A stretch of DNA of 64,000 bases from a virus (IMGVR_UViG_3300047157_000186), one strand, 5' to 3'. Shown: positions 36,799-45,740, counted from the first letter of the stretch. Numbers and translations are program-made. Notes: generated by a model from the letters alone, not told the origin.

Positions 36799-38645
36799 TG
36801 GCATTACAAAATTTAAGAACATATTTTCAATCAACTAACATTAATGACTTTAATTCAATGTTGAAATTAACATGTGTTGTATCGGAAAAAATACAAGCAT
36901 CTTCGTTTCATGTTAAAAGTACTAGTACCGGTTATGAATATTTTAAAAGCGGTTCTAAACATAAAATGGATAAAGTAGATAGAACTATGGTAAGATACTA
37001 TGAAAATGGTATTAATTACTTTAAGGCTATTCCTAAAGATGTAAAAGAAGATATGCCACATGATTGGAAATTCGGATTTGACTACATGATAGACAACAAA
37101 ACAGTAGATATCGAATACGAAAGTCTTCCTAAAAACCATCTAATACTAACACACATACAAATATTAAATCCTAAAAACCCTACACAAATTAAAAAAGTTA
37201 TTAGAGATCCACAGATCTTAAATAAGTGGGCAGAATTATTAGGGGTACAAAAACCACCTGTTATATTTCAAGGAGTTTTACAATCAAATCAAAAAGATGA
37301 CTTAATTAGATTACTAGAACTTTCTGATTCTGATTTTAAAATCAAATTCAAAGATCAATCTTTTACAAGAGCCATATTTAATATATTCAACATAGGTCTT
37401 AATAATCCAACTTTAAATTCTAATTTAGATAATGACATAGACGGTTTAATAGTAAACTTCTATGAAGGTAAAAATCCAAAAAGTTTTAAACTTGAAAGAT
37501 TTGACAGAAAGGATATTCAAAAAAGAGAGCCATCTGACATGTATCAGATCGCTATATTAGATTTAGTAGAGTATATTACAGAGTTTAATCTTGAAGAAAT
37601 TTCTTTAGAATCAGAAGATTCAGCAGAAAGATATATTGAATTAATTTCACACATCTTCAATGCATACATTGAAAAGAATGCTTCTAAATATGTAGGAGCT
37701 AGCTTTAATTCTGCAGATTTTTCAGAAAACAAAGGTTTTAAATTAAACCCAGCCTTTATCACAAATGAAAAAACACTATCATTAATACAAAATAAAGTTT
37801 TATCAGAATTGTATAAAATAGCTTTAGGTAGTTTTAGAAAAAAGAGAAACAAAGAAACAGATATTATTAATAAAGATTTAATGTCACAGATCAATGAAAT
37901 AGTTGATAGTATAGATGCAATAGTAATGGCAAAAACAAATGAAAATGATGTTCTTAATTTTAAATCATATTTGTTAAATCAAAAATTACAATATAATGAA
38001 TCTCCTGTTTTAGAAGCGTTAAAGGTAGATTATCCAGAACACGGTAAGAAATTAGTAAATATGTTTGTTGGTAGATTCCAGCCCTTTACATTGGGTCATG
38101 CTAAAGTAGTTGAAACTATTCATAAGCAAAATGGCCACCCGGTTGTAATCTTATTAGTAAAAGCCAAGAACAAGAAAAAAGAAGATGCATTTAAGAGACC
38201 TTATGATGAGGAAACTCAAGTTGAAATGATCAATAGATTAAAATCTAAATATCCAATTGAAGAAGTTTTCGTAATTCCAACAGGTGGTATTGACACTATG
38301 TTTAATGCAATGAGGCCAAAATATGAACCAGTATTATGGGGAACCGGAAGCGATAGAATGAAAACTTATGGATTTCAAGTAGATAAACCAGAATATAGAG
38401 AAGATCTTGGTGTTAGAACTGATTTTGGACTTTATGAAATACCAAGAACTGGTAAGAATATATCAGCAACACAAGTAAGAAACGCAATGTTAGATGGCGA
38501 TGAGAAGCTATTTAAGAAGCTAACGCCTAAGCCAGTACATGATATGTATAATGAATTAAAATCTAAACTGGAAGATTCTATGGGGGTTTTAGAAGAGGCT
38601 GAAATAGCAACATTAACATTCGATCAATTTATCAAGAATATATAA
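36798..38645 (+). CDS. Degenerate ligase-fold domain fused to HIGH-type (cytidylyl/NMN adenylyl-transferase-like) nucleotidyltransferase
   Basis: N-terminal VSEKIQAS, DIDGLIV, SFKLE; C-terminal FVGRFQPFTLGH, WGTGSDR, ISATQVR; translationally coupled to the upstream gene. Confidence 0.65.
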   Translation: MALQNLRTYFQSTNINDFNSMLKLTCVVSEKIQASSFHVKSTSTGYEYFKSGSKHKMDKVDRTMVRYYENGINYFKAIPKDVKEDMPHDWKFGFDYMIDNKTVDIEYESLPKNHLILTHIQILNPKNPTQIKKVIRDPQILNKWAELLGVQKPPVIFQGVLQSNQKDDLIRLLELSDSDFKIKFKDQSFTRAIFNIFNIGLNNPTLNSNLDNDIDGLIVNFYEGKNPKSFKLERFDRKDIQKREPSDMYQIAILDLVEYITEFNLEEISLESEDSAERYIELISHIFNAYIEKNASKYVGASFNSADFSENKGFKLNPAFITNEKTLSLIQNKVLSELYKIALGSFRKKRNKETDIINKDLMSQINEIVDSIDAIVMAKTNENDVLNFKSYLLNQKLQYNESPVLEALKVDYPEHGKKLVNMFVGRFQPFTLGHAKVVETIHKQNGHPVVILLVKAKNKKKEDAFKRPYDEETQVEMINRLKSKYPIEEVFVIPTGGIDTMFNAMRPKYEPVLWGTGSDRMKTYGFQVDKPEYREDLGVRTDFGLYEIPRTGKNISATQVRNAMLDGDEKLFKKLTPKPVHDMYNELKSKLEDSMGVLEEAEIATLTFDQFIKNI

Positions 38646-38667
38646 TAAAAAACAATAATATTATCAC

Positions 38668-40269
38668 ATGGATATTAACGAAGAACCATTAGAAGAAAGA
38701 AACATCACAGTTAAGAGAAAATATACTGAAAACCATCCTGCAAAAACTGTTGGTAAAGCAGCTAAAATTAGAAATAAAGTATTAGAAGCTATTAAAGATG
38801 GTAAAATTTCCCAAGAAGAATTTAAAAGTATTGTTAAGGAAATGACAACTGATTCTACAAGATGGTTAAGAAGAAACACACCATATTTTAATGTAAGCGA
38901 AGATGGTATCTCTCTTTCTAAAACAGGTATGAGAATCTTAAAATCAATTACTCCATCAACAGAAGTTACACTTAATGAAAAGGCAACTCCTTTTAAAATT
39001 GCAAATGCAATGGCAGAAGAAATGTTTGGAGAATTTGGAGTAGCAACTTTAGATTACGATGATTTAACTAGAGTGATAGATATTAAAAAAGCAGATAAAT
39101 TATCTAAAAAGTATGGAGAAAATAGTTTTATGTCATTAACTGAAATAGACATGGAAGAGCTTTTGAATAAAAATCCAAAATTAGTAAAAGAAAATACATC
39201 AAATATAAAAATGGAAACACCAAAAAACAAAACAATATTTATTTATGAAAGCTTTAGTGAATTCGTAAATTCATTATCTAACGAATTAGTTACTGAAGCA
39301 TTTGGTTCACAAAGACTTGCTGAGCTATTTAGAGGAAAATCTGGTAAATTAGACAAACACTTAGCAAGCGCATTTTATGGTTCTACTAAAGTAGCATTAG
39401 ATAAAGTACAAGATGAAGATCTTATTACTACTGATCCACAAACCGCATATAAAGCAAAACAATCAAATTCTATTATTTTCTATATTTCAGACAATGAAAA
39501 AGAAAATCCACATGCACCTTATGATGCATATCAAGGCAATAAAGTTATTCCAGGTGGAGGTTATTTATTAGCTGTTACTTCTGGTGGTAATAAATTCTAT
39601 GATCAAGTTTGGTCTTCATCTAGTAGATATGGCCGCTCAAAAAACAGGGATAGAAATCTTAAACAAGTAGATAATAACCCAACAGATTCAATAGGTATTG
39701 GTAAAAAATACAAAGGATGGGATGCAACTGGACTTTATAACGTAAAGAGAATTGCAGAAGTTGCGGATAGAGCTATTGTCATTAATGTTGATTTATTACA
39801 ACAAAAGTATTCAACTGTAAACAAAAGAAATGATAGACACGCTGCAAAATCAGGAGCTACAGCATTTAAATCACATGATGATTTTAAATCTGAAAACAAG
39901 AAAAGATACGAAACTATTTTAGCGAACAACGCAGCTAAATTACCACTAGATAAAATGGTCTCGGATGCAATTGACGAATTAACTGCACAAATTCAAAATG
40001 GATTAAAAAAAGGTGAGAAAACCAAATATGGTGAAATCATGATCGGAACAAACAAAAGAGGATCTGTTGTTAAATTAAGAGATGCTTCTAATCACATGTC
40101 AAATATATTAGATGACTATTCTAGATATTGTGATTATGTTAGACAAGGTGAAGAATCTAAAGAAAGATATGGTTCAGCTGAGAGTTGGTACGAAAGAGAA
40201 ACTAAAAACTACGCTAAGAATATCAAAGATAGAATTAATAAAATCAAAACCTTCGATTACGCTTGGTAA
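38668..40269 (+). CDS. Putative internal-head protein; C-terminal half paralogous to 41775
   Basis: Internal YESFSEFVNSLSNE and LVTE sites; KVALDKVQDEDLITT...IIFYISDNEKENP aligns with the 41775 protein. Confidence 0.55.
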   Translation: MDINEEPLEERNITVKRKYTENHPAKTVGKAAKIRNKVLEAIKDGKISQEEFKSIVKEMTTDSTRWLRRNTPYFNVSEDGISLSKTGMRILKSITPSTEVTLNEKATPFKIANAMAEEMFGEFGVATLDYDDLTRVIDIKKADKLSKKYGENSFMSLTEIDMEELLNKNPKLVKENTSNIKMETPKNKTIFIYESFSEFVNSLSNELVTEAFGSQRLAELFRGKSGKLDKHLASAFYGSTKVALDKVQDEDLITTDPQTAYKAKQSNSIIFYISDNEKENPHAPYDAYQGNKVIPGGGYLLAVTSGGNKFYDQVWSSSSRYGRSKNRDRNLKQVDNNPTDSIGIGKKYKGWDATGLYNVKRIAEVADRAIVINVDLLQQKYSTVNKRNDRHAAKSGATAFKSHDDFKSENKKRYETILANNAAKLPLDKMVSDAIDELTAQIQNGLKKGEKTKYGEIMIGTNKRGSVVKLRDASNHMSNILDDYSRYCDYVRQGEESKERYGSAESWYERETKNYAKNIKDRINKIKTFDYAW

Positions 40270-40289
40270 TCAAAAAAACATTTATAAAA

Positions 40290-40607
40290 ATGAAACGCAT
40301 ACCAACATTTGAGTCATTTGTAAATGAGTATTCTACAATCGTAGAAACTACGAAAATGCTCAAGGCCTTAAAGAAGGTAGTAAAGAAAGCAGATTCTTTT
40401 GAAGAAATCGGTGAAGAACTAGAAGATCTTGACTATAAAAAAGAATATCAATGGGAATTAGTTAAAGACGGTTCATATCCAGTATATGTGATTACGTATT
40501 TATCAGGTACTCGCCATGGTATAGCAGATCCAAAATTCTGGGAAAATAGTGCAGACATTGAAGAGACTATTGGTGATGTGGCTATTGGCTGGATCCTGAC
40601 TAAATAA
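40290..40607 (+). CDS. Putative internal-head protein
   Basis: True start is likely ATG 40290, giving leader MKRIPTFESFVNE. Confidence 0.55.
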   Translation: MKRIPTFESFVNEYSTIVETTKMLKALKKVVKKADSFEEIGEELEDLDYKKEYQWELVKDGSYPVYVITYLSGTRHGIADPKFWENSADIEETIGDVAIGWILTK

Positions 40608-40637
40608 CTCTAACTAAAAATAAAAACATTTATAAAA

Positions 40638-41294
40638 ATGAAACATATTAAATTACTTGAATCTTTTTTAAATGAATCAATTTCTTTTAATAAAAAAGGA
40701 ATTAAAGTTAAACTAGAAGACAAACTTAGACTTGCCAAAATAGCAGTAGAAAAATGGGGAGATTCATATAGCGGAGTTTTAAACGACGTTGAATCTATTT
40801 TAAAATCAGGCAAATTACCAAGTTATAAAGAACCATTAATGGTACAAGGTGATACTGCAAAAGATTCTTATGATATATTTCAAGGAAGAAATGCTGTAAA
40901 ACTTGCAGAAGCTATTTCTAAAGTAATTAAGAAATATAAGAAATATGAAATTGAACAATCTTCAGTTCCTGCAGCAGGTGGATGGTCAGGTACAATGAGA
41001 TCTACTGTTGGCGGCAAAATTGAAGGAAGAGCAAACTTTAATCCAGGAGGTAGAAGAACATTTTTAATCGCAGTTACATGTGGCGGTGGAATTGACTCAA
41101 AGGTTAAAGATAAAATGTTTCAAGAAATTTACGAATTAATGTTTGTATTAGATGAATATAATTCATCAGACGGCGGAATTATGTTTGATCATTCATCAGG
41201 TACTAATTATAGTACAATTGGATTAGCAAACTCAAGCTATTCTTTTAATAATGGAACAGCTAACAGTTTAATAGATATAATGAACAATCACTAA
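40638..41294 (+). CDS. Putative internal-head protein
   Basis: Leader MKHIKLLESFLNE. Confidence 0.55.
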   Translation: MKHIKLLESFLNESISFNKKGIKVKLEDKLRLAKIAVEKWGDSYSGVLNDVESILKSGKLPSYKEPLMVQGDTAKDSYDIFQGRNAVKLAEAISKVIKKYKKYEIEQSSVPAAGGWSGTMRSTVGGKIEGRANFNPGGRRTFLIAVTCGGGIDSKVKDKMFQEIYELMFVLDEYNSSDGGIMFDHSSGTNYSTIGLANSSYSFNNGTANSLIDIMNNH

Positions 41295-41295
41295 A

Positions 41296-41739
41296 ATGAA
41301 GCACGTAAAGTTATTTAAACAATATATTAATGAGAAAATAGAATATTCATATTCTACGGTTAATGGTAAAAAGATAGAATCTTCATGGTCAGGTAGTGCA
41401 GATTCCCTTAAAGATTTTATCAAACTAATAAAAGGGATACCTGAAACTTTACAATCTATTAAAGTTCAAACTGGAACTAGTTCTTTTAATCCAGAATCAA
41501 CAGAAATCAATGGACCATTTAATTCTTCTAAAATAAATAAAATAATTAAATTAGTCAAAGACGCAGATAAATCATTTGGTAAACAAGATGAAAAAATACA
41601 CACGTATTTGTTATCGTCTTATTATGGGGCAGGTGGTAAAAACCACAACTCTGATCCTGCATATATTTCATATAGAACTGAACGTAGCGATAATTTTGGA
41701 AAAGCAATGTCATCAGGAAAGCACGGATCATTAGATTGA
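41296..41739 (+). CDS. Putative internal-head protein
   Basis: Leader MKHVKLFKQYINE. Confidence 0.55.
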   Translation: MKHVKLFKQYINEKIEYSYSTVNGKKIESSWSGSADSLKDFIKLIKGIPETLQSIKVQTGTSSFNPESTEINGPFNSSKINKIIKLVKDADKSFGKQDEKIHTYLLSSYYGAGGKNHNSDPAYISYRTERSDNFGKAMSSGKHGSLD

Positions 41740-41746
41740 TTTTAAA

Positions 41747-41757
41747 GATATATAATA
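41747..41757 (+). promoter_or_regulatory. Late-type promoter motif in a duplicated promoter/start cassette
   Basis: GATTTTAAAGATATATAATAAAAAC is shared with 42871-42895. Confidence 0.55.
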
Positions 41758-41774
41758 AAAACAAAACAATTAAA

Positions 41775-42836
41775 ATGGCAAAAATGAAACACGTAAAATT
41801 ATTTGAAGCATTTGTAGCTTCACAGAAATTAAACGAGGCATTTAGCTCACAAATACTTAGAGATTTATTCAACGGAGGTGGTGTACACAGTACATTGCCT
41901 AAAGCAGTATATGGTAAAACTAAAATAGCACTAGATAAAATACAAGATGATGATTTAATTGTAACAACACCAAAGGACGCGTATGACGCTAAAGGTAAAA
42001 ACACAATTACTTTCTACATTTCTGATAACGAAAAGGTTAACCCATACGCAGATCCCGAGTCATCGAAAAGCGATCAAATTATCCCAGGAAATGAATACGT
42101 GCTGTGTGTTGCTGATGAAAATAATAAATTCTTTATCGATAGAAGTTTATCTTACAAAGATCTTCCTAAACACCAAAGAATGTCAGGAAAATATCTTAGT
42201 CCTAGGAGTTTAGCAACAGATAAGAAAAGAGGCGAAGAAACTATAGGTATTAATAAGACAAATAAAGGATATCAAGGAACTGGTCTTATTAGTGTAAAAA
42301 GAATCGTAGATGTTGCAGATAGAGCTGTTATCATTGATGTTGATTCATTACAGCAAAGATATTCGACAATAGACAAGATAGAACAGAGAGATTCTGAAAA
42401 AGTTGGAGCCATTGCATATAAAAACGATAGAGACTTTAAATCTGAGAACTTAAAAAGATATGAAGACATTTTACAGGCCGGTGCTACTAAACTTCCTTTA
42501 GGTAAAATGGTTAAGGATGCTATTGATGATTTAACTGAGCAAATTAAAGATGGTATAAAAGAATTTGGAAAGGTAGGAAAGGATGATAATGTTACTATAG
42601 GTAGTGCATCAAACGGCAAAGAAGTGACAATTTCACATGCATCTAGTCATATGTCAAGAATTCTTAGTATTTTCAGAAAGTACCAATATAGTATTGACGG
42701 TCAAAAAAAATCAAAAGATAAATATGGAGATGCACCAACATGGTATGATGAGGATATCTTGAAACATGCACACGAACTTAAGATTGAAATACAAAGGATA
42801 GAAGATTTCGATTATGCATACCGATATGGGTATTAG
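41775..42836 (+). CDS. Putative internal-head protein; paralog of the 38668 C-terminal half
   Basis: Start is likely ATG 41775 (MAKMKHVKLFEAFVASQKLNE). Confidence 0.55.
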   Translation: MAKMKHVKLFEAFVASQKLNEAFSSQILRDLFNGGGVHSTLPKAVYGKTKIALDKIQDDDLIVTTPKDAYDAKGKNTITFYISDNEKVNPYADPESSKSDQIIPGNEYVLCVADENNKFFIDRSLSYKDLPKHQRMSGKYLSPRSLATDKKRGEETIGINKTNKGYQGTGLISVKRIVDVADRAVIIDVDSLQQRYSTIDKIEQRDSEKVGAIAYKNDRDFKSENLKRYEDILQAGATKLPLGKMVKDAIDDLTEQIKDGIKEFGKVGKDDNVTIGSASNGKEVTISHASSHMSRILSIFRKYQYSIDGQKKSKDKYGDAPTWYDEDILKHAHELKIEIQRIEDFDYAYRYGY

Positions 42837-42879
42837 TCCTTTCTTGTAATCATAAAAATAAAACAAACAAGATTTTAAA

Positions 42880-42890
42880 GATATATAATA
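42880..42890 (+). promoter_or_regulatory. Late-type promoter motif in a duplicated promoter/start cassette
   Basis: Exact GATATATAATA upstream of 42919. Confidence 0.55.
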
Positions 42891-42918
42891 AAAACAATTA
42901 AAATAAAAAACAATTAAA

Positions 42919-44112
42919 ATGGCAAAAATATTTTACGTAGTAGAAAAAGCAGGTGATTACACTCAGTGTAATTTCTTTAAAACAGAAAAAGAAGCGTTAG
43001 CTTATGGTATTTCAGAATTTCCAGATTTCGACATGTTCGATGAACCAAGGGAAGATCTAGAAGATGACGCATGGTTCCATGGAGATAAACTAGAATTTAA
43101 AAAAGGAATCTTATTTTCTTTTGAAGAAGGTAGTGCTTATGTAGAGGCATACGACGAAGATGAAGCTAGAGAATATTGTTCTGATGACATTATGAGCGAT
43201 GGAGCAGCTATCTTCTTTGACGGCTTTACAAAAGGCATGTATGGTTACTTAGGTAACGGTGCAGACGGTAAAGGCAGAAAATGGGACTGGGACGGAGGTC
43301 GTTTTAACGAATCTAAAATTACAAAAACAACTTTGAAACATGTAAAATTATTCGAAGCATTTGTAGCTTCACAGAAGCTAAACGAAGGCTGGAACGGCCC
43401 AATAATAGACGGATTTGAAGAACTTCTCAATACAGGTATCGGAGTTGAAAAAGCTTATGACCAAATGAAGAAATCCGGAGTTCTTAAAGGATTAGAAACT
43501 GAGTTTAATGGCTATTTACTTAGAATCAAAACCGGTTTCAAAGGCTATGAATATACGTCTATTAATATATGGGATAAAGAAAACGTGAAGAAAGCAGAAG
43601 AAACTCATCAAAAGGAGCATGGTTTTCCATTAGATACGGAGAAAAGCTCCACGATATTAAATAGTTATGAAGATGGAAAAGGGGGATGGTCAATTTACGG
43701 AGGCCAGTGGAGCAAACCTAATAAAAATAAAGCTAAAAAATATAAGGTTAGTGATTTTACGCCTTTATCAGATAGTGGAGACGACGGCCTAGGTGGTGAT
43801 GAAGCAGACTCTAAATGGGAGCCAGTGTTAGACGCATTCGGTGTGTCATATCTAGACGATCTAGTTTGGTTAGGTGAATACTTCCCTGAAACAGTAGAGG
43901 AAAAAGGTAGATTGGTTAAATCTTTTTCACTAGGCGGTTTTGGTGATGAAGACCCACATGGTGATGCCGACGTTTCGATATATAAGTGGAAGGGTATGTT
44001 ATTGGGATGGCATGACGATGACTATAGATATTCTGCTACATTATGTAGAGCCAAAGATGTTGTAAAATTAGCTAGTCTTCTAGAAGATGATGAAAGTCTT
44101 GACATATACTAA
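42919..44112 (+). CDS. Two-module acidic protein with an internal capsid-targeting-like motif
   Basis: LKHVKLFEAFVASQKLNE at 43333-43386 duplicates the 41784 leader. Confidence 0.55.
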   Translation: MAKIFYVVEKAGDYTQCNFFKTEKEALAYGISEFPDFDMFDEPREDLEDDAWFHGDKLEFKKGILFSFEEGSAYVEAYDEDEAREYCSDDIMSDGAAIFFDGFTKGMYGYLGNGADGKGRKWDWDGGRFNESKITKTTLKHVKLFEAFVASQKLNEGWNGPIIDGFEELLNTGIGVEKAYDQMKKSGVLKGLETEFNGYLLRIKTGFKGYEYTSINIWDKENVKKAEETHQKEHGFPLDTEKSSTILNSYEDGKGGWSIYGGQWSKPNKNKAKKYKVSDFTPLSDSGDDGLGGDEADSKWEPVLDAFGVSYLDDLVWLGEYFPETVEEKGRLVKSFSLGGFGDEDPHGDADVSIYKWKGMLLGWHDDDYRYSATLCRAKDVVKLASLLEDDESLDIY

Positions 44113-44134
44113 TCTATAAAATCAAAAACTAACT

Positions 44135-44563
44135 ATGAAGCACTTAAAATTATTTGAACAATTTCTTAACGAAGCAAGATTAAAAGAAGGCAGAGACGAA
44201 GCATTAGCTAACGCTATTCTTGCATACTTTTATGCAGTTGAAGGAACACCAGAAGGTGACGCTGTACAGGCATTACCGGGAAATCCAATTAGATCTAACG
44301 GATCAGTACATGAGCAAGATGGTTTATCTGCATGGGGAAAAGACGTTGTAAAAAGTTTATCAGGCGCTAGAAGATGCCCTTCTGACTTTATGATGGGTAA
44401 CGTTATAACAATAGCAGCCAATAATGGTAACTCATATTACTTTGATGGTTCTGATTTTGTAGAAGGAGATAAAACTATTATTAGTAGAATTGATAAAATA
44501 AAAAAGAGAGAATTTATCGATGAGCTTATTAAGTTAAAGATCATTGAAACTCCAAAATATTAA
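44135..44563 (+). CDS. Putative internal-head protein
   Basis: Leader MKHLKLFEQFLNE. Confidence 0.55.
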   Translation: MKHLKLFEQFLNEARLKEGRDEALANAILAYFYAVEGTPEGDAVQALPGNPIRSNGSVHEQDGLSAWGKDVVKSLSGARRCPSDFMMGNVITIAANNGNSYYFDGSDFVEGDKTIISRIDKIKKREFIDELIKLKIIETPKY

Positions 44564-44565
44564 TC

Positions 44566-44940
44566 ATGCCTAGTACTTCAGTTGCACAACAAAAATTAAT
44601 GGGAATGGCTTACGCTTTAAAAAAAGGTGAACTAGATCCTAAAGATGCTAGCGCCGAAGTACAAGAATTAGCAGATTCAATGACGCTTAAACAACTTAAA
44701 GATTTTGCAAGTACAAAGCACGATGGACTTCCACAATATGTAGAAGAAAACATTGGAATAGCTAATGTTTCTGGAATGGGACCAATCGTATTACCTGGAA
44801 ATGGAACTTTAGGTTCAGGTGATGTACCTGCAGGGCAAGGTGATGCAGAAGAAGAATATAAGAAAAAGAAAAAGAGAAAGATGAAATATTTAAAAACATT
44901 TGAAGCATTTTCTTTTGACATAGTTAAGAAACGTAAATAA
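44566..44940 (+). CDS. DUF3008-like protein with C-terminal capsid-targeting-like motif
   Basis: MPSTSVAQQKLMGMAYALKKGE...MTLKQLKDFASTKHDGLP matches the DUF3008 pattern as recalled; ends KMKYLKTFEAF. Confidence 0.55.
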   Translation: MPSTSVAQQKLMGMAYALKKGELDPKDASAEVQELADSMTLKQLKDFASTKHDGLPQYVEENIGIANVSGMGPIVLPGNGTLGSGDVPAGQGDAEEEYKKKKKRKMKYLKTFEAFSFDIVKKRK

Positions 44941-44965
44941 TTGTTCGTAACTTATTAAAATAATT

Positions 44966-44996
44966 AGCCAAACATTTTTTTGTTTGGCTTTTTTTT
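44966..44996 (+). terminator. Intrinsic terminator closing the internal-protein array
   Basis: Stem AGCCAAACA / TGTTTGGCT with a T6 loop, followed by a T run. Confidence 0.75.
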
Positions 44997-45049
44997 GGTA
45001 TATTAGTAGTATACTAATCGAGGTTAATACCTCATAAAACAATTAAAAC

Positions 45050-45268
45050 ATGAGTAATCCACACCATGAACACCAGTTATTTCTTAACAAAACGAGACAT
45101 GGATCAGTAAGAGCATCCAGATATCCTAATGGCTACACGCCAAAGATCGAATATTATCAAGCCCAATTGTCAATTGCAGTTGATAGTCTTGATGTAGAAC
45201 AAATAAAATATTTCACTACCAAGTTAGAATGGTTTATAAAACGACAAGCCGAAAATAAACTATATTAA
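45050..45268 (+). CDS. Hypothetical protein
   Basis: 72-aa ORF with the A-rich start context (AAAACAATTAAAACATG) typical of this genome. Confidence 0.5.
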   Translation: MSNPHHEHQLFLNKTRHGSVRASRYPNGYTPKIEYYQAQLSIAVDSLDVEQIKYFTTKLEWFIKRQAENKLY

Positions 45269-45388
45269 TACAAGTTCACCAGTGATCTGTAACACAGCAA
45301 TGAATCTGATCACAGTAATATATGATTAAGTAATCATCAATCATGGGTGTATCTCTATGTTGCACCAGAATTAAACCGAATATATAAT

Positions 45389-45416
45389 TAAACAAATTTA
45401 AGTTTGTGTGTATAAC
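45389..45416 (+). promoter_or_regulatory. Bipartite promoter TAAAC-N17-TATAAC
   Basis: Upstream of the candidate DNA-modification cluster. Confidence 0.5.
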
Positions 45417-45431
45417 TATTAAACGTTTTAT

Positions 45432-45740
45432 ATGTCTAAAAAGAAAACAAATATCCTATCTGAAGCTAACGAAATAGTAAACAATCGCTCAGAAGAAAAA
45501 TCACGTCAATATGGACCATTCGAAGAAGGTATGCGAAGAGCAGCTATGATTTTCAATGGCATGACAGGTAAAGAACTAAACGGCTCAGATATGTATGCTG
45601 CACTCGTGGCACTTAAACTAAGTCGACACTCTTATAACTATAAACAAGACAATCTATTAGATGCAGTTGCATATTTAGGTGCACTAGATAACTATGTTGA
45701 AAAGCACGGTTATAAAGACAATGAAGATCCAATAAAATAA
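45432..45740 (+). CDS. DUF6378-like / all-alpha dNTP pyrophosphohydrolase-like protein
   Basis: ILSEANEIVNNR...QYGPFEE...ALVALKLSR...DNLLDAVAY matches the DUF6378 pattern (IL.EA..IV.G.R...YG...KLAR...DS..D.AGY). Confidence 0.65.
   Translation: MSKKKTNILSEANEIVNNRSEEKSRQYGPFEEGMRRAAMIFNGMTGKELNGSDMYAALVALKLSRHSYNYKQDNLLDAVAYLGALDNYVEKHGYKDNEDPIK

Noticed and set aside
41736-41774. Upstream TTG/ATG starts used by the ORF track at 40263, 41736 and 49205
   Set aside because: They overlap upstream genes or promoter motifs; downstream ATGs (40290, 41775, 49259) have the genome's typical A-rich context and restore family-like N-termini.
45269-45430. tRNA gene
   Set aside because: No TTCRA T-loop, D-arm or acceptor stem with CCA could be found by eye; no tRNA or rRNA was recognised anywhere in the window.
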